A DNA stretch of 64,000 nt, taken from Candidatus Levyibacteriota bacterium. Lineage in GTDB: Bacteria > Patescibacteriota > Microgenomatia > Levybacterales > UBA12049. Under the pieces are notes generated by a model that ran no database searches, was not told where the DNA came from, and saw only the letters and a program-made list of their open reading frames with translations. Position numbers and translations under genes: made by a program. Below are positions 1 through 10,009 of this stretch, in pieces; position 1 is the first letter of the stretch, and each line of letters begins with the position of its first letter. The stretch lies in the NCBI GenBank assembly GCA_963716145.1, contig OY970292.1, positions 469,171-533,170 on the forward strand, in the 5' to 3' direction.

Positions 1-687
1 TGGAAGCGGCAAAAGAACTATCCCTTTTTTCGCAAAAGCCTTTTTACGTTTACCCGATTCACCTATTGCTTCTTGAGAACCAACAACAATATATCCAAGC
101 TTCTCATCATTCGGAAAGAGCTCCCTCAACGGATCAAGTTTTGCCTCTATTACCTCTTGTCTTTGTGCGTAATTCAATGTGTACTTATTTTTTTTACCCT
201 TAGAATCTGCCGTAGGAGCGGATTTAACCTCCACCAGCGTGAGCAAACCTCCAGCACGAAAAAGATTGTCAAAATCAGTTACTGTTGCCACAGTTCCACC
301 AGGACCTACTTTTCTAATCACATCAACTGTTCCTGCGCCTTTAACTCTTTTAAACATGTATGTCTTTGTTTCGGACGGAAGTTTAATGGGATTTAGAACT
401 ATTTCAGGATCTGTTTTGGAGAATTCCTCCAATACATACGCAACATGAGCTTCTGCTAAAAAACCAACCAAATCTGCCAATTGTGGATCTGATTCTCTTT
501 CGGCCATTAATGCTTGAACTCGCTGCATTGCTTTTTCCGGATAAAAAGCCCTGTTTATAAATCTACTAGAAATTCTTTTCAATGCTTCATTGGTTGTGAA
601 TTGAGGCTCTGATATTGGTGAAGTAAGATTTTCGTCTCGTGGAATTTGCTCTTCAGACCTACCGCCTCTTACTTCTTCATTTCCCAT
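1..687 (-). CDS. Hypothetical protein with a possible PD-(D/E)XK nuclease fold; runs off the window edge
   Basis: Not in the ORF track. My translation from ATG at 687 (MGNEEVRG...) stays open to the left edge and contains GFLAEAHV...TDFDNLF...LVEVKS. TATAAT lies 9 nt upstream. Confidence 0.6.
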   Translation of the reverse strand, partial: MGNEEVRGGRSEEQIPRDENLTSPISEPQFTTNEALKRISSRFINRAFYPEKAMQRVQALMAERESDPQLADLVGFLAEAHVAYVLEEFSKTDPEIVLNPIKLPSETKTYMFKRVKGAGTVDVIRKVGPGGTVATVTDFDNLFRAGGLLTLVEVKSAPTADSKGKKNKYTLNYAQRQEVIEAKLDPLRELFPNDEKLGYIVVGSQEAIGESGKRKKAFAKKGIVLLPLP

Positions 688-737
688 AACAGTAAAATTA
701 TACAATAAACGATGGAAATCTTCAAACTACAGGATAG

Positions 738-1127
738 TTATTTTGTAGGATCTAGGGGGGGCTGATTCTCTCTTTTCCTCTTTGCATCAAAATATTGGAC
801 CAACTTACGGTCATTGAAGTCGCCAGTAGGTTTCATCAGCCCTTTCAAATCTTCTCCAGAAATACACTCAACAAGTCCCAATCGCAAAGCCTCTAAAGGA
901 TTATTTAGTCCTCCTCTTTTGTAGATCGCGCTAAGTACTCTTCTGTCTTCCTCAAGCCTCTGGACTATTTCAGGTTTATCATCAAGTTCTCCATCTACCT
1001 CTCTCATTGTCTGAACACGCACTCTGGGGCCCACTTCATTCCAAAGTTGTTGCCTGCTTTCATCAGAAAGCGCTTCCACCTGACTTACTCTATCTAATCC
1101 AGCTCCTTCTTCATTTCCTACGTCCAT
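738..1127 (-). CDS. Hypothetical protein, 129 aa
   Basis: ATG ORF with TATAAT 6 nt upstream; no recognisable family. Confidence 0.65.
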   Translation of the reverse strand: MDVGNEEGAGLDRVSQVEALSDESRQQLWNEVGPRVRVQTMREVDGELDDKPEIVQRLEEDRRVLSAIYKRGGLNNPLEALRLGLVECISGEDLKGLMKPTGDFNDRKLVQYFDAKRKRENQPPLDPTK

Positions 1128-1199
1128 ATCTATATTATAACATTACTTGCCAAATATTCTTAAGTGTTCTATAATTCCAATTTATAAACTTATAAACCT

Positions 1200-1523
1200 A
1201 TGAGCACGCCTGAACACGCACACAATAGACCGGACCGCACTGGAGCAGGAGCAATGGTACGGCAATACTACGATCATATTGACGAATTAGGATACGCTGG
1301 TGCTACTACCAGATTAGATGAAGACTTAAGATCCAATCCTCGACTTACTCCATTTGCTAGATATACTGTGATGAAAATGGTATTAACAGATGAGATGAAC
1401 AAGCTTGACAGGAGAGATCCAAACATTAAAATACTTCAAGGATGGTGGGTACGAAATGCAGACGAAAAGCTGAGATACGATCATGCTCGACGCCGAAATT
1501 CGCGGCATTGCAGGAAGCACTAA
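1200..1523 (+). CDS. Hypothetical protein, 107 aa
   Basis: ATG ORF filling the gap, divergent from the previous gene. Confidence 0.55.
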   Translation: MSTPEHAHNRPDRTGAGAMVRQYYDHIDELGYAGATTRLDEDLRSNPRLTPFARYTVMKMVLTDEMNKLDRRDPNIKILQGWWVRNADEKLRYDHARRRNSRHCRKH

Positions 1524-1574
1524 ATCACAAACGGGACATAGACTAGTTTTATGCCCCGCTATTTACGAATATTC

Positions 1575-2042
1575 CTAAACTTGATCCACTGTCGATTCAA
1601 CTTCTGTTTTGGTCACTGGCTTGGCCATGTGAATTAGCTGAACTATACCAAAAGCAACCAGCGCGTATACGGCTGCTGCTATTATAGTTGACCACTCAAA
1701 TACAGAACCTTGTTGGGTTACCGAAACATTAAACAATCCATTAAAAGGTCCGGCAAAAGGACCGCTCAGTGCATAAACCAAAGTCGCAAATCCACTGAAA
1801 GGATTTGCCCCAAGAGCTCTTAAAACCATCCTAAAAGCCAATAAAACCTCAATAACTGCCAATATATACCATATTATCTGGTATGCTCTGAATATCGTTT
1901 TCTTCTTTTGAAAAACCTTGTGCGGCGGCTCAGTTGTAACAGCAGGAGGAACAACTGTTTTGGTCGTTCTCACCACTTCCTGAGGCGGCAAAGTCTCCGA
2001 TGTCGTTACTATTTCTTCTGTTTGTGCGTTTGTTTCATCCAT
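1575..2042 (-). CDS. YggT-like small membrane protein
   Basis: Likely start MDETNAQ at 2042. Hydrophobic segments IEVLLAFRMVLRALGANP...GPFAGPF are typical of this family. Confidence 0.65.
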   Translation of the reverse strand: MDETNAQTEEIVTTSETLPPQEVVRTTKTVVPPAVTTEPPHKVFQKKKTIFRAYQIIWYILAVIEVLLAFRMVLRALGANPFSGFATLVYALSGPFAGPFNGLFNVSVTQQGSVFEWSTIIAAAVYALVAFGIVQLIHMAKPVTKTEVESTVDQV

Positions 2043-2049
2043 AAATAAA

Positions 2050-2964
2050 TCACCCCATCTCTTTTTTAATTGCCTGTACAATTTTCGCAACGGTTGTATC
2101 CGCGATTGCTTTATCGTATTGGGATTTTTCGGCAAATTCCAGGGATTTTTCGGTCACAGGAGTTGGAACACTGGTCTCTTTTGCCCTCTCTTGTGCCCAT
2201 TTCGTAAGACTTGATGAATGAATCCTGCCGTCAAATTGGGAAAGATTGGGATCTTTTACCATTGCGTCAATTGCCATATCCAATAAAAAGCTTGAAACAA
2301 TCGCTCCCCCTTGCCAGGTGTTTGCCGCCTCCGCGGGATCCAGCTGATAATCTGATTTCCTAAGAATCCCTATGCCTTCGGCAATTGCCTGCATCATTCC
2401 GGCCTCAATTGCGCTGTGCACCATATTTACAAAATGCCCGCTTCCCCCGCTCCCAAAATATGTATGAATACCGTTGGGTTTTGCAAGACTCTCCAGAATA
2501 GGAACAATATATTGATATGCATCAGGATTCCCGCCAACCATCAAACAGCATCCATTCTCAAGCGCATTCACTCCTCCCTCGATACCAATCCCCAAAAATT
2601 TTACTCCCTTTTTTTCAAATTCATCAAAACGCCTTTGAGTATCTTTGAAATTGGAGTTACCCCCATCAATTACAATATCTCCTGCGTCAGTAAATTGATT
2701 TAACTGCAAAAGTAAACTTTCGGTTGGTTCTCCAGGTACCTGCATTGACCACATTACTTTGGGCTTTCTTAAAATATTTTGCATTTCTTCAATGGAGTGA
2801 ACTAGTATCAGCTTTTGATTAACTATAAACTCTGCCTTTTCAGTGCGGATTTCTTCAAGCGCGTCTTTTGAATTATTCCAGATGACCAATTCATGTCCAT
2901 CAGCCAATAATTTTTCGGCAATTAATTTGCCCGTTTTCGATAAACCTAGAATTGCAAGTTGCAT
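2050..2964 (-). CDS. gnd: Short-type 6-phosphogluconate dehydrogenase homolog with a degenerate active site
   Basis: IDGGNS and GHFVxMVHxxIExG motifs, and it clusters with zwf/pgl. The catalytic Lys appears replaced by Asn. Confidence 0.8.
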   Translation of the reverse strand: MQLAILGLSKTGKLIAEKLLADGHELVIWNNSKDALEEIRTEKAEFIVNQKLILVHSIEEMQNILRKPKVMWSMQVPGEPTESLLLQLNQFTDAGDIVIDGGNSNFKDTQRRFDEFEKKGVKFLGIGIEGGVNALENGCCLMVGGNPDAYQYIVPILESLAKPNGIHTYFGSGGSGHFVNMVHSAIEAGMMQAIAEGIGILRKSDYQLDPAEAANTWQGGAIVSSFLLDMAIDAMVKDPNLSQFDGRIHSSSLTKWAQERAKETSVPTPVTEKSLEFAEKSQYDKAIADTTVAKIVQAIKKEMG

Positions 2965-3069
2965 AGAGGTATCTTTATCTAACCATATAATGCTGCCTCT
3001 TTCAAGTAGAAAGATTTTACTTATTGAAATCGCTGTGTAAATAAGTATATACTTGTTAGATTAAACACT

Positions 3070-4353
3070 ATGGATGATTCAAGCATTTATCAAAAATCAA
3101 AAGAGGAAATACTGAATATCGGGAAAAAATATAAAATTCCGCAAGACAAACTGGAAGAGTTTTTGGCTCCTGACCGCGTAGTCCGTGTAAAAATTCCACT
3201 GACTCTTGACTCCGAAATTGTGGTATTTAAAGGTTACCGAAGCCAGCATAATAATAAGCTTGGTCCATACAAAGGCGGCCTGAGATTTCATCCCAAGGTA
3301 AGTAAAGATGAAGTAATGGCGCTTTCTTTATGGATGAGTTTAAAAACCGCGATTGTCGGTGTCCCTTTGGGGGGAGGAAAAGGTGGAATAGCAATTGATC
3401 CAAAAGAACTGACAGAAACCCAAATTGAGGAAATTTCGAGAACCTACGTAAGGCAAATGTTTGACATTTTAGGCTTTGACAAAGATGTTCCTGCACCGGA
3501 TGTCAACACCAATCCAAAAATTATGGATTGGATGGTGGATGAGTACATCAAAATTGCTAAGAAGAAAAAACTTAATCTACCCGTAAACAATCTCTATGCA
3601 ACATTCACCGGCAAAGCCAAACAAGGTGTAGCCGGTAGAACTGAAGCAACGGGATTTGGCGGAGTAGTTACATTGAAAGAGCTGGCCAAAAAGCTAAAAC
3701 TTAACCCCAAAAAAACAACAATCGCCATAATGGGTTTTGGAAATGTCGGTTACTATTTTGCCTATTTTGCACAACTTGCGGGTTTTCAGGTAGTTGCTGT
3801 TTCTGACTCCAAAGGAGGAATCAGCAAAAAAGGCCCGGATGGAAAATTAATTCCTTTAGACATTCCCCTTGTAATGGAATGTAAGCAAAAATCAGGCAGC
3901 CTTGCCGGGTGTTACTGCGCAGGAGGAGTTTGCGATACTGATGGAGGACAATTTATTTCCAATGAGGAGCTCTTAAAACTCCCTGTTGATATTTTGGTAC
4001 CAGCAGCGCTTGAAGATGTCATAAACGAAAACAATCTGACAAATATAAAAGCCAAGATAATTGTTGAGATGGCCAATGGCCCTGTTTCGCCCAAAGCATA
4101 CGACCATTTAACCAATAAAAAAGTAATTATCGTGCCTGATATTTTGGCAAATTCCGGAGGAGTTGCCTGCTCATATTTTGAATGGGAACAAAATTTAAAC
4201 AACAAAAAATACAAAAAAGAAGATGTGCTGGCTCGGTTGGAAAAATTGATGGCAATAGCCTTTGAAAAAGTATGGAGTGAATCTGTAAAAAATAAATGCA
4301 GTCTCAAAGAGGCTTCTTACCTGGTGGCCCTCAATAAAATTTTTAGTAAGTAA
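3070..4353 (+). CDS. gdhA: Glu/Leu/Phe/Val dehydrogenase (glutamate dehydrogenase)
   Basis: GPYKGGLRFHP, GGGKGG, DVPAPDVNT, GFGNVG and EMANGP motifs. Confidence 0.93.
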   Translation: MDDSSIYQKSKEEILNIGKKYKIPQDKLEEFLAPDRVVRVKIPLTLDSEIVVFKGYRSQHNNKLGPYKGGLRFHPKVSKDEVMALSLWMSLKTAIVGVPLGGGKGGIAIDPKELTETQIEEISRTYVRQMFDILGFDKDVPAPDVNTNPKIMDWMVDEYIKIAKKKKLNLPVNNLYATFTGKAKQGVAGRTEATGFGGVVTLKELAKKLKLNPKKTTIAIMGFGNVGYYFAYFAQLAGFQVVAVSDSKGGISKKGPDGKLIPLDIPLVMECKQKSGSLAGCYCAGGVCDTDGGQFISNEELLKLPVDILVPAALEDVINENNLTNIKAKIIVEMANGPVSPKAYDHLTNKKVIIVPDILANSGGVACSYFEWEQNLNNKKYKKEDVLARLEKLMAIAFEKVWSESVKNKCSLKEASYLVALNKIFSK

Positions 4354-4362
4354 CCAAAATTG

Positions 4363-5831
4363 TCATAGCCACTTTCTTCCGTCTTTTTCAATTAATTCCC
4401 TAGCCTGATCCGGTCCCAGCTTCCCCGAGGATAGACAGTAATCGGGGATTTGTCTTTTTCAAATCCCTTCAAAATGTTTGAAATAAGTTTCCATGAACTT
4501 TCCAATTCGTCAGATCTATTAAAAAGCATTTGGTCTCCCTGAAAAATATCAAGTATTAATTTTTCATAAGCACCTCTTACTCTCCCTCCAAACTCCTCCG
4601 AATAATTAAATTTCATATCAACTGTCCCAAGACTTACATCTTGACCGGGCTTTTTTACAATCACACTCATGCCAATCCCCTCATTGGGTTGAATACGAAT
4701 TGTCAGGACATTTCCCACTTCCGGGCATCCATATTCCTTAAATAATAAATGACAAGTCTGACGAAAAACTATCCGGATATCCATACGCTCTTCTTTTAAT
4801 TTTTTTCCAAATCTGAGATAAAAAGGAACATCCTGAAATCTCGGCGTATCAACAAATAATTTCATCGCCACATATGTCTCCGTGTTGGAGTCTGCTGCCA
4901 CATCGTCTTTATCTTTATACTTTTCATATTGTCCCCGCACTGCAGACTGAGCTACGTCTTTTGGACCAATAGCACGGATTGCTTTTATCGCGTTTGCCCG
5001 GGCATCCCTCACTCCCTCTTTTGAAAAGCTTTTGGGCTGCTCCATTGCAACTGTGGCCAAAATCTGAAGCAGATGATTCTGTCCGACATCACGAAGCATT
5101 CCCACTCCGTCAAAAAATCTCCCTCTTTTTCCGATACCCTTTTCTTCAGCCAAGGTTATTTGCACATGATCTATATGCTCCTTATTCCAGACAGGCTCAA
5201 AAATACTGTTAGCAAAGCGGAACGCGATCATATTTTGGACCGTTTCTTTTCCCAGATAATGATCAACTCTATAAATCTGATGCTCTTCAAAAATTTCGGC
5301 CAATTTTTTATCAAGTTTTCTTGCTGTCGCCAAATCGCGCCCAAAAGGTTTTTCAATTGCAAGTCTTACAAAATTTCCAACGTTGATCTGCTTACCAGCC
5401 GTAGCCTTGGTGAAGGCCGGACCACATCCTTCTGAAAGCTTACTGCTTTTTAGATTTTTAAGAATAGAGAGATAATTGTCCGGTGGCGTTGCTAGATAAA
5501 ACAAACGTGTAATACAGGCGCCAATTTTCTCGTCAAACATGTTTAACTTTTTTATAAGCGCCTCATAACCCTTTTTTTCATCAAAAAGACCTTTTTGATA
5601 AAATATATTTTTGGAAAAATCCGCCCACTTGGGATCTTTATGCGTCTCTAGTTCATCCCCGAGCATATGCGCGTACTGTTCGTCTGTAAAATCACGTCTT
5701 GCAAATCCAACAATAAAAAATTCTGATCCCAACTGTCCCTGTTTGTAAAGAGAAAACAATGCTGGAATTAATTTATGCTGGGCCAGGTCCCCGGTGGCAC
5801 CAAAAATGACTAAAATGAATGGAGAGTTCAT
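4363..5831 (-). CDS. zwf: Glucose-6-phosphate 1-dehydrogenase (1-bp frameshift near the 3' end)
   Basis: GATGDLA, IEKPFG and YRVDHYLGKE motifs. Adding one G near 4415 restores a canonical end, WGPDQARELIEKDGRKWL*, at 4363. Confidence 0.93.
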
Positions 5832-5844
5832 GCAGTTATCTATT

Positions 5845-6606
5845 CTATACTTTTTGGTCAGTAATTAAAAGTGTCTTCTGAGCAATTTCAGGCCTTTTAT
5901 AAAATCTAGCCGGAATCTCCTGCTCCGACCCATCTCCAAACATCAAATCAAGCGCTTCTTTTTTATCCGCTCCAAAAACCAATAAGATCAACAAATCCAC
6001 CATCTCCAAACCCAAAAAGGTCATTGTGACCCGTTCTTTAAACATGCCTGTTGGATCATCAAATTCCGAAAATAATAAATTTTTCCTTGATTCATCAAAA
6101 ACAGGATTTGCAAAATCCTTTCTATTGGGCGCAATCCCGGATGTATGTCCGTCTCCTCCTATCCCCATAATCGCAATGCTTCTCTGGAAAACAGAATTTA
6201 ACTCCCGCATTTTTTCATCCGAGTCAGAAGCTGTTTCTTCTCTGGACTTTCCTTGAAGAATCTGATGAAATGGGATATTGCGGATTTCAAGATAGCGTGT
6301 AAGACCAGTTCCTTTTATCATCAGTTGATTGCTGGTTGGATGAAGAGGTTCACCATAGCGCTCATCAACCTGTCCAATAGTCCCTGGCATTAGCACTTCT
6401 TCCTCAGCAAGCTTTGCGTAGAGAGTTTTTGGAGTACTTCCACCTGAAAGATAAAGAACGGTTCTTCTATCAACAATTTTGTAAAGTATGTCTTTTGTCA
6501 GCTCAATGCCGGCATTTGAATCTGCCACACTTGCAAACGTAATTCCCTGATTTTTGTGGGACAAAATATTTTTCTTTTTAAATATTTCTTCAACTTGGTC
6601 AAACAT
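5845..6606 (-). CDS. pgl: 6-phosphogluconolactonase
   Basis: LSGGSTP, DER, GIGGDGHT and RVTMT motifs; adjacent to zwf. Confidence 0.85.
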   Translation of the reverse strand: MFDQVEEIFKKKNILSHKNQGITFASVADSNAGIELTKDILYKIVDRRTVLYLSGGSTPKTLYAKLAEEEVLMPGTIGQVDERYGEPLHPTSNQLMIKGTGLTRYLEIRNIPFHQILQGKSREETASDSDEKMRELNSVFQRSIAIMGIGGDGHTSGIAPNRKDFANPVFDESRKNLLFSEFDDPTGMFKERVTMTFLGLEMVDLLILLVFGADKKEALDLMFGDGSEQEIPARFYKRPEIAQKTLLITDQKV

Positions 6607-6611
6607 AAACT

Positions 6612-7808
6612 TTACTTAAATGTCTGAAAAATATCTTTGAAGGTTACCAGGATTATCAATCCGATTAATACCGCCATACCGATTGCATTTGCATACGCTT
6701 CAAATTTGGGGTTTAATTTACGTCTTGTTATAGCCTCTATTTCGATAAAAAATAATCTTCCGCCATCAAGACCGGGAATTGGGAGAATATTGAAAAATGC
6801 CAGAGAAAGAGAAAGTGTACCGGCTATATTGAGTATCTGCAGAAATGCCTCTTTCATGTCCGGAATTTTTATGACATCTCCGACTATTTTAAATATCATC
6901 ACAGGCCCTCCTACATTTTTACTAAGCGGTTCCGCGGTTTTTTCTTTGACAGACTGCTTGAATATTGTTTTTATTCCGTCCACGTTATAAAGAAATGTGT
7001 TGTATGTGTGAGAAAATCCTGAAAACATCATCTGCGAGGGCTTTTGGTAGCTGAGAATTGCCAGATTATATGGATTAAAATCAAAAGCTATACCAACTGA
7101 TCCTTCATTTTTGGGAGGTGAAACTCTAGGTGTAATTTTGGCTGAAAATTCCTTGTTCTTCCTTATATCAAACCATTCAATTGTTGTTTCTTTTCCCTTG
7201 TTTTTATTTATAATTGCTATTAGATCATTGTTGCTGGTAATTTTTTTATTGTTTATTGATGTAAGCACTGACGGAGGTTTAACTCCAGCCTTGTCAGCAG
7301 GAGAATTTGGAGCGACTCTGCCAATTGATGCGCCCTTGGGTATTATTTTCTGATTTACACCCATAAAATGCGGAGCATTCTCTCCCAATAAAGGGATTAC
7401 TGTCTGAAAATTGGAAATCCCCAAAAAAGCATAAAAAATAACAACAGCCAAAAGCAAGTTCATCACAACTCCGGCGATAATTACCGAGGCTCTCTGCCAA
7501 ATTGAACGGCTGAAAAAAGCCCGGTGCTCCGCAACTTTGAACTTTGAACTTTGAACTTTGAACTTGACGCGGCCGGCGCCAGCGTCGTCTTCTCCATACA
7601 ATTTAACAAACCCTCCAATAAGAGCCGGATAGAAAGAATAAAGAGTCTCTCCCCTTTTTACGGAAAATAACGCTTTTGTTAAGGGAAGACCAAATCCAAA
7701 TTCTTCAACCTTAATTCCAAACTTCTTGGCGACAAAAAAATGACCTGCTTCATGAATGAGAACCAATACTGAGAGAAGGAGAAGAAAAACAAGAGCGGTA
7801 ATAAACAT
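6612..7808 (-). CDS. rseP: RseP/RasP-type M50 membrane zinc metalloprotease with PDZ domain
   Basis: HEAGH and NILPIPGLDGG motifs with a central PDZ-like region. Confidence 0.9.
   Translation of the reverse strand: MFITALVFLLLLSVLVLIHEAGHFFVAKKFGIKVEEFGFGLPLTKALFSVKRGETLYSFYPALIGGFVKLYGEDDAGAGRVKFKVQSSKFKVAEHRAFFSRSIWQRASVIIAGVVMNLLLAVVIFYAFLGISNFQTVIPLLGENAPHFMGVNQKIIPKGASIGRVAPNSPADKAGVKPPSVLTSINNKKITSNNDLIAIINKNKGKETTIEWFDIRKNKEFSAKITPRVSPPKNEGSVGIAFDFNPYNLAILSYQKPSQMMFSGFSHTYNTFLYNVDGIKTIFKQSVKEKTAEPLSKNVGGPVMIFKIVGDVIKIPDMKEAFLQILNIAGTLSLSLAFFNILPIPGLDGGRLFFIEIEAITRRKLNPKFEAYANAIGMAVLIGLIILVTFKDIFQTFK
7533..7567. repeat. (AACTTTG)4-AACTTGA heptamer array, in-frame in rseP
   Basis: Read directly; encodes VKFKVQSSKFKV. 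The same 35 bp occurs at 45591-45625. Confidence 0.9.
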
Positions 7809-7843
7809 CTAGCTATTATAGCATATAGCCAATGGCATATGGC

Positions 7844-8197
7844 TTATAGAAGAGTTCGTTTAAACGCTTGAATTTTCTTTACTAAGATTTCAGCTTGTTC
7901 ATAGAATTCAAGTCTTTCTTTTTCAGTAATATATCCTTGCTCTTTGGCGAGATAAAGAAGAGAAACTGTTTCAAAAGCTGATTTGATAGCAATGTCTAAA
8001 AAGTGAGAAAAATCTTTTTTAGAACTGCTACCTGATCCTTCTGCTATATTTGTAGAAATAGAACTTACAGCTCTTCTTAACTGATTTGTTAACGCAAATA
8101 ATTCATCCTTGGGGAAATTTTTTGTTAATATATAGATCTTTTTTGCGTAATTTACCGCATCTTTCCAAATGTTTAAATGTTCAAACCGAAATGCCAT
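7844..8197 (-). CDS. Four-helix-bundle protein (23S rRNA IVP / Avd-like family)
   Basis: FEHLNIW...FPKDELFALTNQLRRAVSSISTNIAEG...F..FL.IA..S..E signature; likely start MAFRF at 8197. Confidence 0.88.
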   Translation of the reverse strand: MAFRFEHLNIWKDAVNYAKKIYILTKNFPKDELFALTNQLRRAVSSISTNIAEGSGSSSKKDFSHFLDIAIKSAFETVSLLYLAKEQGYITEKERLEFYEQAEILVKKIQAFKRTLL

Positions 8198-8333
8198 ACC
8201 TTGGTAATAGCTTATTGCATCTAACAAATGGTTTCAAGTAGCCAAAAATGGTCAACTGCCATAAGCTATAAGCTATTTGCAATAAGCCGGCACTTGCTTG
8301 CAATAATGGCAAAAATTGGCTAGTGTAATTAGT

Positions 8334-9347
8334 ATGGGAGCAGACAACGGAGCAGATATTGATAGAGGAAAAGTTCAGCATACTAAACGCGATGAAGAGA
8401 TGATGCAGGTCAAAAAACCCGATGATCTGCCGACAATCTTATCCAAAGAAATTAAAGTTTCACCAGACCAACGAGTCTTAGAATATGATCTTGAAGCAGC
8501 AGCCGACAATGCAGAAAGGGATAGAGCATTTTTTGTGCGGCGAGCTGAGGATGAACTTAGTGGTAAAGCTCTTGCTGGTACTCACGATAATGAAGTAGTA
8601 ACCGCAGCAGAAAAAATTATAAAAGATGCAGCCAAAAAGGGAAAAGAGTCTCAATCAGAGACAAAAGCTTCTGTTGAAGGTGGGGTCGATAAGTATGCGC
8701 CACCACCAGAGCTAACTCCATATGAGCTTGCAAAGAAAATATTAAAAAGGCCTGTTTTGCATGAAGCTGATTATAAGAAGAGAAACAACGCAATGGCTGA
8801 GGTGATTGAGCGAGTAGGAGCCGACTTTGAGTCAGCCGGATTTGAGGATTTAGCCGCGATATTCAATGCTGAAGAAGAAGACCTTGAGGCCAAAAAAGTA
8901 GAATTAGAAGAGAAAGGAATAGAACCATTTCAAGCACAATGGCTTAGAATAGAACTGGACGAGATCCGTATACACCAGGAAACCCTTGGTATTATGATGA
9001 GTGGGCCGGATAAAATGAAGGATGATGATTACCGTGCCGTTGCGCTTAATATGTTTGTCCGCAAAAGATATGACCAAATGGAAAAAGCTGAGATAAACTC
9101 AGAAGCTGCCATGAAACAACTAGATAAAAAACTGGATAAAACAAGAGATGCTCTAATGGAACTTGGGACGGATCAAGATCCACAAGCCATTTTAGACAAA
9201 ATAGATAAATTGGAAAAAAAGAAAAGGGAATTTACTGATGCTCTTAAAGTAATCAGCGAGGCTCTTCCTCTCTTTATAGTTTTTGATGATATAACTGGTG
9301 AATATGGAGGCGACAACTTTAGAGCGGAGGATTACGGAGAGGAATAA
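8334..9347 (+). CDS. Hypothetical acidic coiled-coil protein
   Basis: Long E/K-rich ORF; first ATG at 8334. Confidence 0.7.
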   Translation: MGADNGADIDRGKVQHTKRDEEMMQVKKPDDLPTILSKEIKVSPDQRVLEYDLEAAADNAERDRAFFVRRAEDELSGKALAGTHDNEVVTAAEKIIKDAAKKGKESQSETKASVEGGVDKYAPPPELTPYELAKKILKRPVLHEADYKKRNNAMAEVIERVGADFESAGFEDLAAIFNAEEEDLEAKKVELEEKGIEPFQAQWLRIELDEIRIHQETLGIMMSGPDKMKDDDYRAVALNMFVRKRYDQMEKAEINSEAAMKQLDKKLDKTRDALMELGTDQDPQAILDKIDKLEKKKREFTDALKVISEALPLFIVFDDITGEYGGDNFRAEDYGEE

Positions 9348-9348
9348 T

Positions 9349-9900
9349 CTAGATTTGCATTAATTCCGTCTCTTTTTGCTTGCCCCAATTCTCAATCGTC
9401 TCGACAGTATCATCGATCAATCTCTGCACGTCTTTTTCAAGCCTTTTGATGTCGTCTTCGCGGCCTTCATAATCTTTTTTGATATCAATCATCGCTTCGT
9501 GTCTTACTTGCCTCACCATGATTTTGCCATTTTCCAGCTTCTGACGCATTGCCTTAATCAATTCTTCACGCCTTTCCTGAGAAAGCGGAGGAATACTGAT
9601 GCGGATCAAGTTGCCGTCGATATTGGGAGTAAATCCGGCATTTGCGGCCTCAATTCCTTTTTGGATTTCACCAATTATTGAGGGGTCAAAAGGTGTGACC
9701 ACAAGAGTTGAAACATCCAGAGCGCCAATAGTTGCCAGCTCCATTACTTTTAACTTAGCGGTTCCGCCATAAGCCGCGATAACAATATTTTCAACAAGAG
9801 AAGGAGCAGCGCGTCCTGTACGGATAGTATCCATGTCTCCTTTGAGGATATCCAAAACCTTATCGATCTTCTTTTTGGTACTTTCTGTTAACGGATCCAT
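9349..9900 (-). CDS. frr: Ribosome recycling factor
   Basis: IRTGRA and IPPLSQERREEL motifs; lies downstream of tsf. Confidence 0.95.
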   Translation of the reverse strand: MDPLTESTKKKIDKVLDILKGDMDTIRTGRAAPSLVENIVIAAYGGTAKLKVMELATIGALDVSTLVVTPFDPSIIGEIQKGIEAANAGFTPNIDGNLIRISIPPLSQERREELIKAMRQKLENGKIMVRQVRHEAMIDIKKDYEGREDDIKRLEKDVQRLIDDTVETIENWGKQKETELMQI

Positions 9901-10005
9901 ATTTCGGAAAACTCAGAAAACTCAGTAGTACAGTTGTTTCAGATCATCTGAAAAATCTGATAGTCAGAATCTCTGGCTTTCCGAGTATTCTGAGTGTTCT
10001 GAGAA
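9901..10005. repeat. ~100 bp palindromic element, copy A (intergenic)
   Basis: Left arm of 9-mers AAAACTCAG, inverted right arm of CYGAGTDTT, and a core of ..TCWG units. Confidence 0.85.
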
Positions 10006-10009
10006 TAAT

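Noticed and set aside
2050-2052. TGA recoding (genetic code 25)
   Set aside because: TGA ends several conserved genes at the expected position (thyA, dcd, corrected zwf), consistent with code 11.
7844-8197. A complete diversity-generating retroelement or a 23S intervening sequence
   Set aside because: There is no reverse transcriptase, no TR/VR pair with A-specific mismatches and no 23S gene here.
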